From positions 266,414,001 to 266,478,000 of the forward strand of contig OZ360219.1 in the NCBI GenBank assembly GCA_977017645.1: 64,000 nt of DNA, given 5' to 3'. The notes beneath the pieces were generated by a model that worked only from the letters and a program-made list of their open reading frames with translations, did not search any database and was not told where the DNA came from. A program made the position numbers and the translations under genes. The DNA comes from Torpedo marmorata. Lineage: Eukaryota. Below are positions 37,166 to 49,559 of the stretch, in pieces; the first letter of the stretch is position 1; each line of letters begins with the position of its first letter.

Positions 37166-38560
37166 ATGGCTGGTAAAAAAACGAAGGACCAGAAAGTTAG
37201 AAAACCTATGATACAGACAACTCTAGTACAAGAAGAAAAGAGGCCTACCTTGGAGCTGGAGCCTGGGACTGCCTTGATGCTGAAGCCTGGTAAGCGACAT
37301 GGGCGACGTTCTAGTGAGTCGGGAACGCCGACGCTACCTCCGCAGGGAGCTGCGGAAGATGGCGCCGGCGCCCGACCTAAAACTACAGAAAGAACAGCTG
37401 AACGACTGCGCATGCGTCAGATCTCCGATTTGGAACGCCAGCTCGAGGAGGCCTGGAAGACGTCAACGGAGGCTCCCCAGACCAAACTACAGGCTGGGGA
37501 GCCAGAATCATCGTCAGAATCAGAAGGGGAGAAAGAAGATCGTCAGCTGGGAGGAGAAGATATTGAAGAATATGACACTTACCAGGATGAATTGCTGAGG
37601 GAAATCTGGTCAGTAAAATGTAGTCAAGAGAGTATTCAACATAATATCTTACAAGCTATTGTTAAGTTAGAGGAAAAAATGGAAGTAAAACTTAATATGG
37701 CTATTGGTAAGATTGAACAAAAAATACAAGATGAATTTAAAGAAATGAAGCAGAATATGGAAAAAATTGAAAATACTATAGGTAAAATAGATGTCAGAGT
37801 TAAGAAAGTAGAGGAGGAAGTTAAGACTAATAATCATGAAGTTGAAGACTGTAGAGAAAGAGTGGATAAAATGGAAGATATTTTCGTTGGTTGGGAAAAA
37901 CAAAGAGATCAATTAATACAGAAGATGGATCAGATGGAGAATCAAAGTCGCAGAAATAATGTGAAAATATTGGGACTGCCTGAAGATATTGAAACTTTAG
38001 ATACAACTCAATTTTTTCAAGATTGGTTGAAACAGATATTTGATTTTGACCAACCAGTGGAGCTTGAACGAGCTCATAGGATTGGAAGAAGAAATCAGGT
38101 AGATCGGAGACCACGTCCAGTCTTGATGAAGTGTTTACGATATCAAGATAGAGAGAAACTTTTAAGATCAGCGATTCAACATGCACAAGAGCAAGGGGCT
38201 CCGATGGTGATTCAAGGTAGTAGAGTTCTCTTCTATCCTGATGTAAGTCCTATGGTGGTCAAACAGCATAAAGAATTTAATCCTGCAAAGGCAGTATTGT
38301 GGGAAAAAGGCTATAAATTTTCGTTTAAGTATCCAGCGACTTTGAGAATTCAACATGATGGTGAAAATTTTTTATTATTTATGGATCCCGAGCAAGCTCT
38401 TTATCATGCAAGAAATCTTCCACATCTGAGAAGAAGTTTTCCTTTTGTCTCTAATCAACAAAAGCAAGAAAGTCAAACAAGTCTCGATATTTCGATAACT
38501 GGAGAAAGTGTTCTGGTTCAAGTTGAAGGAGAACGCGAAGATTTGGGAGGAGTTAATTGA
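37166..38560 (+). CDS. L1 ORF1p (coiled coil, RRM and CTD), 464 aa, uninterrupted
   Basis: Heptad-rich E/K region, ENQSRRNNVKILGLPE, ELERAHRIG, PRPVLMK.LRYQDRE, FYPDVS, YPATLRI. Confidence 0.93.
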   Translation: MAGKKTKDQKVRKPMIQTTLVQEEKRPTLELEPGTALMLKPGKRHGRRSSESGTPTLPPQGAAEDGAGARPKTTERTAERLRMRQISDLERQLEEAWKTSTEAPQTKLQAGEPESSSESEGEKEDRQLGGEDIEEYDTYQDELLREIWSVKCSQESIQHNILQAIVKLEEKMEVKLNMAIGKIEQKIQDEFKEMKQNMEKIENTIGKIDVRVKKVEEEVKTNNHEVEDCRERVDKMEDIFVGWEKQRDQLIQKMDQMENQSRRNNVKILGLPEDIETLDTTQFFQDWLKQIFDFDQPVELERAHRIGRRNQVDRRPRPVLMKCLRYQDREKLLRSAIQHAQEQGAPMVIQGSRVLFYPDVSPMVVKQHKEFNPAKAVLWEKGYKFSFKYPATLRIQHDGENFLLFMDPEQALYHARNLPHLRRSFPFVSNQQKQESQTSLDISITGESVLVQVEGEREDLGGVN

Positions 38561-38824
38561 ATATAAGCTGTATAAATAATTATCTGTTGGGGGGAGGTGG
38601 ACTCATTGGAACTTTTTCCGAAACTATCACCACCTTAGCGGCGAGAGCCGCTTCTCGAACGATGGAGGGAGGTGACACTGGGGAAGATAATCCGGTGTTG
38701 TTTACGGGGTATTTTTTCTTACTTTTTCTATTTTCTATTCTATTTGAGGAGAAAATATATGGACAACAGATTAGGAGGGAAACGCTAGCGGATCTGACAG
38801 ATAGAGAACGATTAAAGTTTGTTT

Positions 38825-41800
38825 ATGGTAGATTCTAGAAGTATAAATTTTGTAAGTATTAATGTTAATGGGCTTAATAATCCAATTAAGAGGAAAAAAA
38901 CTTTGGCATATATTAAGAAATTGAAAGTAGATATAGCTTTTTTACAAGAAACTCATTTGATTGATAAGGAACATCAAAAGTTAAAAAGAGACTGGGTGGG
39001 ACATGTAGTAGCTTCATCATTTACTTCTAAAGCGAGAGGTGTAGCGATTTTAGTTAATAAAAAATTACCATTTAAAATACAATCAGTAGTGACTGATGTA
39101 GCTGGCAGATATGTTTTAATACATTGTCAAATTTATTCAGAAATATGGACATTTTTGAATTTATATGTTTTAAATCTGGATGATGAACAATTTATTCAAG
39201 ATGCTTTTCTACATTTATCTGAGGCTAAGGAAAATATTTTAATTGGTGGAGACTTTAATTGTTGTTTAAATGCGAGCATGGATAGGACTACTAGAACACT
39301 TGCTAGACCTAAAATAGTTAAAAGAATTATTAGTTTAATGGAAGATTTGAATTTGGTGGATATTTGGAGGAAACTAAATCCTAGAGAAAAAGATTATTCA
39401 TTTTATTCTTTTAGACATAATTCATTTTCTAGGATTGATTTGTTTTTAATATCTTCACAAATTCAAGATAGAGTAACTCAAATATCTTATAAAGCAAGAA
39501 TAATTTCAGATCATTCACCTTTATTGATGACGTGTATAATTCCAGAGAAAGAAAAAACTGTATATAATTGGAGATTTGATTCTTCTTTATTGAAAAGGAA
39601 AGATTTTTGTGAATATATGAGAAAAGAAATCCAGGAATTTTTAAGAATAAATAATAATTCGATTAATGATAAATTTATAATTTGGGAATCTTTAAAAGCT
39701 TACTTAAGAGGTTTGATAATAAGTTTTTCGGCAAAAATTAGAAAAGATTATTTGAAAGAAGAAGAAAAATTGGAAAGGGAGATTGAATTTATGGAGAAAG
39801 ATTTTCAAAGAAATAAAACAATTTTTAAGAGACATCGTTTAATTAGGAGGAAATTGCATTATAATTTATTACAAACTCGCAAAATAGAAAAATTAATTGA
39901 TAGAACGAAACAAAGATATTATGAATTAGGAGAAAGAGCTCATAAAGTTTTAGCATGGCAATTAAAAAAAGAACAAGTTTCTAAAACTATAAATGCTATC
40001 AAAAAAAGTACAGGAAATAAATGAATCCTTTAGAGAATATTATCAGAATTTATATACTTCTCAGATTGATCATGATGATACAAAAATTAATAGATTTTTA
40101 TCTAAAATTACATTACCTAGATTAAATAATTTTAATAGAGATATATTGGATCTACCTATTACAATGAGAGAAGAAACTGAAGCTTTATCGACATTGAAAA
40201 GTGGTAAATCCCATGGTGATGATGGATTTCCGATAGAATTTTATAAAGAATTTAAAGATTTATTGATACCTATATATATGGAAGTATTGAGTCAAATTAA
40301 GGAAACCCATTTATTACCGAAAACTTTTTTGAATGCTATTATTACAGTTATACCAAAGAAAGATAGAGATGTATTAAAAACTGAGTCATATAGACCTATA
40401 TCATTGTTGAATGTAGATTATAAAATAATGGCAAAAATTTTGACAAACAGATTAGCTAAGTATCTACCGATTTTAATACATCCAGATCAAGCAGGATTTA
40501 TTAAAAATAGATATTCGAAAGATAATATAGCAAGATTAATAAGTTTAATCAATTTGCAAAAAAGGAAACAAGATTTGCCATTGGTGATAACATTAGATGC
40601 GGAAAAGGCATTTGATAAACTAGAATGGAATTTTTTATTTAAGGTTTTAGAGAAATTTGGATTTGGGAATACTTTTATAAATTGGATTAAAACTATATAT
40701 AAAGAACCTACAGCTAAAGTAATTACAAATGGTCAGATATCATCTAAATTTCCCTTGACGCGGTCAACAAGACAAGGATGTCCTTTATCACCTGCTCTAT
40801 TCGTATTGGCAATAGAACCGTTGGCTGAAATGATTAGGAAAGATATTAATATAAATGGGATTAAAGTATGTACAGAAGAGCATAAAATTAGTTTATTTGC
40901 AGATGATGTATTAATATACATGACGAAATCAATTGTATCACTTCAACAATTAGCTAAAATAGTGATGGAATATGGTGAGATATCTGGATATAAAATAAAT
41001 TCGGATAAGAGTGAGATAATGGCTTTATCTCAAGGAGATTATACTAAATGTAAAGAAGTTACAAGATTTAAATGGGCTAAAGAAGGAATTAAATATTTGG
41101 GAGTTAACGTAGATACAAAATTGGAAAATTTATATAAATTAAATTATACACCTTTATTTAAGAAAATAAAGAAAGATTTGGAGAATTGGAAAGATTTACC
41201 TATAACTTTAATGGGAAGAGTGAATTGCATTAAAATGAATATTTTTCCAAGAATTCAATATCTTTTTCAATCTATTCCTTTTGGAATTCCTCAAAATTTT
41301 TTTAAAGATTTAAAAATTATTATTAGGAAATTTTTATGGAAGGGAAAATTAGCGAGAGTAAGTATGGATAAATTAACTTGGAATTATGAGATGGGTGGAT
41401 TACAATTCCCCAATTTTCAATATTATTATAAGGCAGCTCAATTAAAGTTTATTAATGAATTTTTTGATTTAACTAAATCTACTGCTTGGATTAATATAGA
41501 ATTGAATAATATAGGGGAGAGATATAAAGAAGATATTATTTATAAATGGAATTCTAAACTATTATTAGTTAAAAAGAAAAATTCACCGATTATTAAACAT
41601 TTGTTGGAAATTTGGACACAGTTAGATAATGAGATAGGACGAAAAGGGTCATTATCTCCAAATATGCCACTGTATCAAAATCTATTTTTACCATTTTCTA
41701 TTGATAATCAATTTTTAAAAATATGGTTTCAAAAAGGAATTAAGAAGATTAAAGATTGTTTTGAGGCTGGAAGATTTGTTACATTTTCCAGATTGAAAGA

Positions 41801-42589
41801 AAAATTTGGAATATTAGATAATACAATTTTAGCTTATTATCAGGTTAAAGGATTTTTAGTTGAGAAATTGGGGAATCAATTAATAGCTCCAAGACAGGAT
41901 GGATTAGAATTATTAATTACTAATGGAAATGTTAATAAATTTATATCACAAATGTATAAATTACTTCAGAGAAAAATGCCTAAAGTAGGATTCCATAAAT
42001 CAAGATTAAAATGGGAATCAGATTTAAATATTAGTATAGATGAAAAACATTGGAAAGATTTATGTAAATTGAGTATGACTAAAATTATTAATGTTAGGTA
42101 CAGATTAGTACAATATAATTTTTTCCATCAATTATATTTAACACCTAAAAAATTAAAGAAATTTAATCCGGCATTATCAGATATGTGTTTTAGATGCAAG
42201 GATGAAATTGGTTCTTTTGTTCATTCAACATGGTTATGTCCTAAAATTAAGGATTTTTGGTCTAAAGTTAAAGATTTTTTAGATAGAATTTTTAGTTTAT
42301 TATGTTTCCAATGGATCCTATGTTATTTTTATTTGGAGATATTAAAAAATTTGGTATTAGAAATAGATTGAATATGTATCAAATAGAATTTTTACGAATT
42401 GTTTTAGCGGTTTCAAAAAAATGTATTGCTATTACTTGGAAATCAGATTTAGATTTGAATTTAGATAGATTGCATGCAGAATTACGTTCATGTATACCAT
42501 TAGAAAAGATTACGTATAATCTACGTAATAAATATCATTTCTTTATGAAAATTTGGAGCCCATATATGAGAATTATGGATATGAATTAA
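38825..42589 (+). pseudogene. L1 ORF2p (APE endonuclease, RT, Cys-rich end) with two frameshifts (~40010, ~42300)
   Basis: SINVNGLN, FLQETH, GGDFN, SRIDLF, SDHSP; YRPISLLNVDYKI, LDAEKAFD, RQGCPLSPALF, LFADD; CFRC...H..W.CP. Confidence 0.93.
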
Positions 42590-44477
42590 TTCTCTGGAAG
42601 TCGGCTCCGCTGGCGAAATTAACCTCCAATATATAAATAGAATTGGTTTGTAGTTTGTTTTCTCCTCACTTTAATTCTTTATTATTCAACTCTTTTCTTT
42701 TTATTCTTTTTTTTTTTCTCTTTGTTACTAATTTTTTTTTTCTCTTTAGAGTAGTGGTGGGGGGGGGGGTTGGGGAGGGGAGGGTGGGAGGGAGGGAGGA
42801 AATATATCACATGTATTTGGAATGATATATTATTTTTGATCTATGTATTTTGTGATTTTAAAATTTAAATAAAATATTTTTTTAAAAAAAGAACTTCACA
42901 TTCCTGGGTGTCAACATCTCCGAGGATCTGTCCTGGAGTCTCCACGTTGTTTCAATCACAAAGAAGTCTCGCCAGCGGCTATACTTTGTGATGTGTCTGA
43001 GGAGATTCGGTATGTCACCGAAGACTCTCGTAAACTTCTACAGGTGTACCGTGGAGAGCATTCTGGCTGGTTGCATCACTGCCTGGTATGGAGGCGCCAA
43101 CTCTCAGGACAAGAGTATACTCCAGAGGGTTGTTAACTCAGCCTGTGACATCACAGGCACCAGACTTCACTCCATCGAGGACATCTACATGAGGCGGTGT
43201 CTTAACAAAGCAGCCTCTATCCTCAAAGACCCCCACCATCCAGGCCATGCCCTCTTCACTCTGCTACCATTGGGAAAAAGGTACAGGAGCCTCCAGACAA
43301 GCACTCAACGGCACAAGGACAGCATCTTCCCCGCTGCCATCAGATTCCTGAATAATCAATGAACCAAAGACACTGCCTTACTTTTCGTGCACTATTATTT
43401 ATAATTTTTTTATAGTAATGTCGTAAGATGGTTATAATATGAATGTTAATTGCACTATGATGCTGCTGCAAAACACCGAATTTCATGACTTGTTCATGAC
43501 AATAAATTGATTCTGATTCTGATTCTGATTCTAATAGTAATTTGCTTCAAAATCTTGAAAAACAAATCTCTAGAAGTCTGACACTTGGCTTTACAGATGC
43601 TGCATCAGGCAGATTGTGCAACAGTTTTTTCCCCAAGCCTTCAGGCTCCTCAATATTTCGAAATATATGTGTATTAGCATATCATAGATTTTTTATTGTA
43701 TTATGACTTAATATTTAACTTCTATTTATGTAAATTTGCTCATGGTCCTGGAGAAACGCTATCTCGTCTTTACTGTGTATTGCATTAGTAGTTATGGTAT
43801 GAATGACAAATAAAGGTGACTTGACTTGACTTGATAGAAATAGGACATTCTTTCTGTGATTGAATATGTTCAGCAGTTGTACAGGGATTTGCAGAAAACT
43901 AAGCTGTATTGGGAAACTGGTTTCGATGAAAGACCGCTGATATTCATACTAATTCTACAATTAACAAAGGAAACCTCATAAGGATCCAAGAAATCTGCCT
44001 TTTCAAACTATGGCTTCTAAGGAAGGATTTATTAAAACAAATTAAACTAAATGCTCCCTTTAACAAAATCTGAGCCAAAGAGTGCAAATAGAATTTCCAT
44101 TCAATTTATGCTGGCTTCCCTGGATAATTTTGGTATAATGGATCAGGATCTTTTTCTGAAACTTCTCTGCCAGAAACCTGGTGATCTCCTCATGTTTTGG
44201 TTTGGAGACATTAACCATATATAATCCATTTCATCAAATAGGCTCAAAATTCATGCAGCCGATGAATGGTAGATTTTTTTCATATTTGTAGCAACATCAT
44301 ATTTGGAACACACATGAACGTTAGGGGTCCATGCCAGTTCCAGAAAAGCTGTCCCGTTAGTCGTATTCCTCCTGTTCTTATTTCTCTGTACCCCTGAAAT
44401 CTAGTCTCTCACACACATACCTGTCAATTTCCCCTTGAATTATTTTTGCCATTCACCTATACCAATATGAATTACAG

Positions 44478-44630
44478 TGAACTCAGCAGGTCACGCAGCA
44501 TCCATAGGAAGTAAAAGCCCGAAATGTTGGTTACCTTTTGCTTCTTATGGATGCTGCCTGACCTGCTGAGTTTCTCCAGCACATCTGTACATTGCACTGG
44601 ACCCCAGCATCTGCAGATTTTCTTGTTTAA
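44478..44630. mobile_element. Fold-back Penelope terminal fragment
   Basis: aactcagcaggtcacgcagcatccata / tatggatgctgcctgacctgctgagtt inverted arms around gcccGAAAtgttggtt. Confidence 0.7.
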
Positions 44631-44709
44631 AGCCTCATTTTTAAGCTTTTATTTACTTGCCTTTTATTCATTTAATTTGATGTACACTGTGGTTTTGATA
44701 TTTACATTT

Positions 44710-45135
44710 TTTACATCAGCAGTCTTAGGGGTTAGACAAACTTGGATTCTTATCTCTAGCATTGGAGGCTGAGAGGCAACCTGGCAGTTTCTGAAACTGA
44801 GAGGTAAAAATAGGGTGGATTGTCTGAGTCTTTCTCCCAGCGTAGAACTGTTAAATATTAGAAGACATTGCTTTTAGCTGAAGGGGTTAAGTTTAAAGGA
44901 TATTTGGAAGGCAATATTTTTACACAGAGAATGGTAGGTGCTCTGAACATGCTGTCAAGGGGTGGTGGAAGCAGATATGATAGTGATGTTTAAAAGGCAT
45001 TTAGGCAGGGTCATGCTGGGAAGGAAAGGATATATGGATCACGTGAAGGTAGGTGGGATTGATTCAATTTGGCATCATAATTAGCACAGACACCATGGGC
45101 TGAAAGGCCTATTTCAGTCCTATTATATGTTTCTA
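44710..45135 (+). mobile_element. Decayed CR1 3' fragment
   Basis: ggaggctgagaggcaacct, tttaaagga, acacagagaatggt, and tail gggctgaaaggcctattt. Confidence 0.7.
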
Positions 45136-45699
45136 CGATTTCAGTCATTAGGACTTCATCACCTGATGGCAGATTTGCTTCCAGGATATCCCCCCCACCC
45201 TAGTTTTTGTCACGTTTTTTCAAACTCATCGTCCTATTTTTCCTTTATCTGGACCTCCTCCCCTTCTTTAATGCATCTATTTCACATCAATTTAACTTTA
45301 AACATGTCCTTCTTCTCGAATAGGTCTCCTTCAGAACTGTCAGAACCGCACTATTTAGCTCAGGGGATTTGTTAATCTTTAAAATCCCTTTGTGTTCCTG
45401 TGATACACTAGCTTTTAAATAAATATGTAAGATCCACTGTAAAAATGTGAATTTAACAGTGGTCCAGATCAGCCCAATTGGCTATCTGTCTGTGACATGT
45501 TGATAGTTTCCTGTCAAAATGTATGTCACTGCTGATTATTACCAATGGGCCTGGCAAACTAATGCTGACTTCAGCAGGGTGAGCTAGACTACATGTTGTT
45601 GATTGGAGCCATTTGTCTGGAATCCCATGCGTTCTGTGGCATGTAATGCTTGGTTCTTCAAGGTGAGTGATAGAGACAATCATGGAAATGAAAGCCAAA

Positions 45700-46130
45700 T
45701 AGTGGGTTGGGCAGTTGGTCGAGCAGCTGTCACACCTGGGTTTAGTCCTGATCTCTAGTGCTATTACGCAGTTTCTCCCTGTGATCATGCGGTTTCCTCC
45801 AGGTTCTCCTGTTCCATCTCCCAAAGATGTGCGCTTGGCAGGTAAATTGGTCATTGTAAATTTGTTCCTAATGTTTTGGTGAGTGAGTTGGAAGATGGGG
45901 ATGGAGTTGATGGGCATATGGATAAATAATATGACAATTGTGCAGGATTAGTGTAAATCAGTGGTTTTCAAACTGCCACCCTAAATTCACATTCCACCTT
46001 CAGCAATCCCTTACTAATCACAGAGCACTTATGGCATAGGGATTACTTAAGGTGGAATGTGAGTTTAGGGGGCAGTTTGAAAACCACTGGTGTAAATGGA
46101 TGCTTGATATTTGGTGTAGACAGAAAAATC
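45700..46130 (+). mobile_element. Decayed V-core tRNA SINE, interrupted by a hAT MITE
   Basis: Core tttctccctgtgatcatgcggtttcctccagg...cccaaagatgtgcg...ggtaaattggtcattgtaaatt. Confidence 0.7.
45959..46089. mobile_element. 131-bp hAT (Charlie-type) MITE, nearly a full hairpin
   Basis: TIR CAGTGGTTTTCAAACTGCC. Perfect 8-bp TSD GTGTAAAT (45951-58, 46090-97). Confidence 0.92.
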
Positions 46131-47869
46131 TTGTTCATCTTTAGCATTGCTGGAGAAATTGGATCACATTGCCACAGATATGCTGTGTTGGATCAAGATG
46201 CCTGCTATTTTGTTTCCCTCCTCTCCCCTGAACACAGCACTGGACCGGTCAACCCAGTGGCTGCCAATCATCTGGAACCCAGCCTCTGACAGGATTACTG
46301 GATGGTTTATGTTCATTGCTAAAAATGTACACATTCCCAATCAGTTGTACTCAAGGCTGAGAAACAGCAACCAAAATGGTCATTGGTCCTTATTTCTGCC
46401 CCAACCTAAACACCCCTTACAGTACACTGGAATTTTAGACAATATTTTACAAAAGTAAGTTTTTTATCTTAAGTCATCTGTAAATGGTCATTGACAGACA
46501 TTTCTAATCCACTGAGTTATATTTTGTGAAACGTTGTTTCCTGACATATTACTGTATTTTGATTATGTTATACACATAACACAGGAGACTTCATACTTGT
46601 GGCAACAGTCTTTCATTTTATTCATTTAATGCACAATTCAAGAAAAGCAACTTCCTACTCCTTGCTTTGCCATGCCAGGAAATATTTTCACCTCCGAAAT
46701 CTTCCAAACACAATTTGATGACACAAACTGAAAAGTAAATCGTTTCTCACTGATGGCAGGGAGACTGAAATTGCTCTTCCAGAAAGGGAGTATTGATCAA
46801 CAGATTGTTACAACTGCCTTGATAGCTTCAGGAGTTCAATTTCATTGACTTTGCTGTACTGGCTAGCACAAGCCAGAATGACATCAAGGTATACTAACTA
46901 GGATGTTTGAGAATTCACTCCATTGTCTGTCCCTGAGGTAAGATGGTGGGAGAAGTTCTACACTGTATGGCTTGGATCTAGGGAAAAGTGTGTTCTGATT
47001 GATGTTTATTGATTCCTTCCAGAAATTGCACCCATACAAGTGTCATTGGGGGACAATCAGAATTGTGATAATTCCTATGTAGAATAATTGTCAGTACTTA
47101 CTTGGTAGTCTCCAACATAACAAAAGTCCACTTGGATGAGATAGCAAAAAGCTGCTGCATCTCTAATGTATCAGAATAATGTCTTCAGGAATTCACAGAT
47201 GTTTATGGGATTGAATTTCAATTGGCAAACTCTTGCCATTTCTCATTGATTATGGAGAGTGGAAGAAACATCATGAACATTAAACACTCCCAGATTAATT
47301 CCGTGATTATCTTCCCCCTTAAGTCATATGACATGAACTTAAAACCATGGGGAATTAAATTCCTTACTTCCAGATAGTCGAGACTTTAACATTATTCAAG
47401 CTCATTACTAACATTATCTTCATAATTTTATCCATATCAGTTGATATCTTATTTGGATAGTTTGACCTGTGCAAGCATTTATCATTACCTTTATCATTTA
47501 CCTTTCCAAGATTGTTAATTTAATTTCTTCGATCGTGATGTTTTCTCTCACCAATTTGCTTTCAAAGGCTACAGCAATTAATTTCTTAAGTGCACAACCT
47601 TTAGTTTAATAAAGTGTTAACCTTCTTTATTTACCTGTCACTGACTCTGGGCTCTGCATGGATTTTAATGAATTAAGTTAATATTTTCGCGGTTTTAATG
47701 TTCCAGGCACTTAGAAGGAATTGGAAACGTGACTGTATTCATCTTGGGGTTTGTCAAGAAATAGTTCCATTTTAGATTTTCTGAATTAAAATCATCCACT
47801 GCCACATATTGTTAGTCATGTGAATAGTGCCTTAAGTCGCTCTTTTTAATTATTAATTTTCTGAGACGA

Positions 47870-48490
47870 GGTTCAAGTTTTAGTTTATTATCACCTGACT
47901 GTACATGTATGGCCAGACGAAATAGTGTTTCTCCGGACCATGGTGAACCCACATACAGACATGATACATTTATCACAAACATAATAATCACATACATATG
48001 TACATCAAAATATATAAATATATATAACTTTAGTTATATTTCAAGAAACCCAAGATTACAGGATACCGTTCATCAATCTGAATCTCAAAGCCTGTGGGAA
48101 GAAGCTATTCCTTCAGCCTGGCAGTCTTGATTTTGATACTCCTTTACCTTATTTCTGATGATAGTAGGTCAAAGATACTGTGTGATGGATGGATCCTCAA
48201 CAATTCTTTGAACCTTGTTTAAGCAATGCTCCCAATGAATGTCATCAATGGAGGAAAGGGAGACCCAAGTAATCTTCTCGGCTGCTTTAATGATCCTTTG
48301 CATTGATTTCCGGTCCAATGCTTTGAAGCTACCATAGCACACAATGATGCAGCCCAACAAGATGCTCTCAATTGTGCTCATGTAAAAGGTTGTCAAGACG
48401 GGGGCTGGTAGCCTTGTCCTCCTCAACCTACTATGGAAGTTTTGGTGCTGCTGTGCCTTCCTGACGAATGAGGAGGTGCTGTGTTATTGC
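47870..48490 (-). mobile_element. Older Rex1/Babar LINE 3' fragment
   Basis: ORF 48169-48426: LTTFY.STIESIL.GCI.V.YG...RIIKAAEKI. Tail gataataaactaaaacttgaac. Confidence 0.8.
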
Positions 48491-48954
48491 TGTCAGGTCC
48501 TGTATCCTTTTATTATTGTGTATCCTTTATTTCAGATAGAAGAATAGTTGGCTACCTTCTTGCAATCCTTTTGGTGCAGATACCCCAAAAGGTGCTATGA
48601 GGAAGAAGTTCTGGGGCTAAGACCCACTTATTATGAAGAGTCAGCTATGTACAAATTGTGAAGGCAGAAAATTGTGGAGCTCAAGAGACTAAAACTATTT
48701 TAAATTTAGCACTTATCATGAAATAAAAACGAATATTAGTGCATTAATTACTTTCACTAATCAATGTTCTCTTGGTACATTACATTCCTCTGGGAACTTA
48801 TTCCAAAATATCTTCACAAAGGTGGAACTTTGAAGGGCTTATCTATTAGCCTTGAACTTTGTTTTCTGTTTAATGCATGAGGCAATGAAATGGTTCTGGA
48901 TCAGTAATATGGAAAAGGGTTCCCTAAGGAAAACACTGCATCTGTTCATTCTTA

Positions 48955-49525
48955 CTGCATCCGGTGCTCCCTTTGTGGCATTCTCTACATCGGAGAGACC
49001 GGACGTAGATTGGGAGTCGCTTCGCTGAGCACCTCCTCTCCGACTGCAGCAACAGCGACCTCCCAGTAGCCAACCATTTCAATTCCGAGTCACACTCCCA
49101 CACTCCCATGTCTGTCCATGGCCTTATGTACTATCCCACCCAGACCACCTGCAAATTGGAGGAACAACACCTTATTTTCCGTCTGGGCACTCTTCAGCCA
49201 GATGGCATTAACATTGACTTTTCTGCTTTCCACTAAACCTGCTCGCCTTTTCCTTCCCCTCCCCCTTCCCTGTACTTCCAGTTTTCCCACCCACCCAGCC
49301 ATCCCTCCTCCCCCTCATTGCTGCTGTCCCCTCCCTCCTTTCTCCACCTATCATCTCCTGCCTTTGCCACCCCCCCCTCACTCTTTTGTTCGGACGCCTG
49401 CCGGCATTTTCTCATACTTTGAAGAAGGGCTCAAGCCCGAAACGTCGGTTATGTATTTCTACCTTTGCTACATAAAGGACACTGTTTGACCTGCTGAGCT
49501 TCTCCAGCATTTGTGTTTTTACTAT
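48955..49525 (+). mobile_element. Penelope-like element 3' part
   Basis: YCIRCSLCGILYIGETGRRLGSRFAEHL. Terminus carries the hammerhead motif at 49419-49449. Confidence 0.88.
49415..49449 (+). ncRNA. Minimal hammerhead ribozyme-like motif
   Basis: TACT-TTGAAGA-A-GGGC-TCAA-GCCC-GAAA-CGTC-GGT: perfect stem II, intact GAAA and GUC. Activity untested. Confidence 0.72.
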
Positions 49526-49559
49526 CTGTTCACTGATGTTCTGTTGGCAGATTTCTTGT

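Larger units (their letters stand above)
37034..42888 (+). mobile_element. Full-length L1-clade LINE (~5.85 kb)
   Basis: 16-bp TSD AAGAACTTCACATTCC (37018-33, 42889-904). Short 5' UTR, ORF1, ORF2, G-rich 3' UTR, AATAAA and A-tail. Confidence 0.96.
36651..43531 (+). mobile_element. Rex1/Babar LINE (family A), split by an L1 into 36651-37033 and 42889-43531
   Basis: [12 protein letters not shown]...VERVKNF continues after the L1 as FLGVNISEDLSWS. (ATTCTG)n tail. Confidence 0.92.

Noticed and set aside
38557-38838. 93-aa ORF between L1 ORF1 and ORF2
   Set aside because: It starts at TTG, has compositionally biased sequence, and has no counterpart in the second L1 spacer.
46423-46460. Possible micro-exon (ccccttacAG...GTAAGT)
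   Set aside because: Splice-like motifs of this strength are expected by chance in 64 kb, and the peptide is unrecognised.
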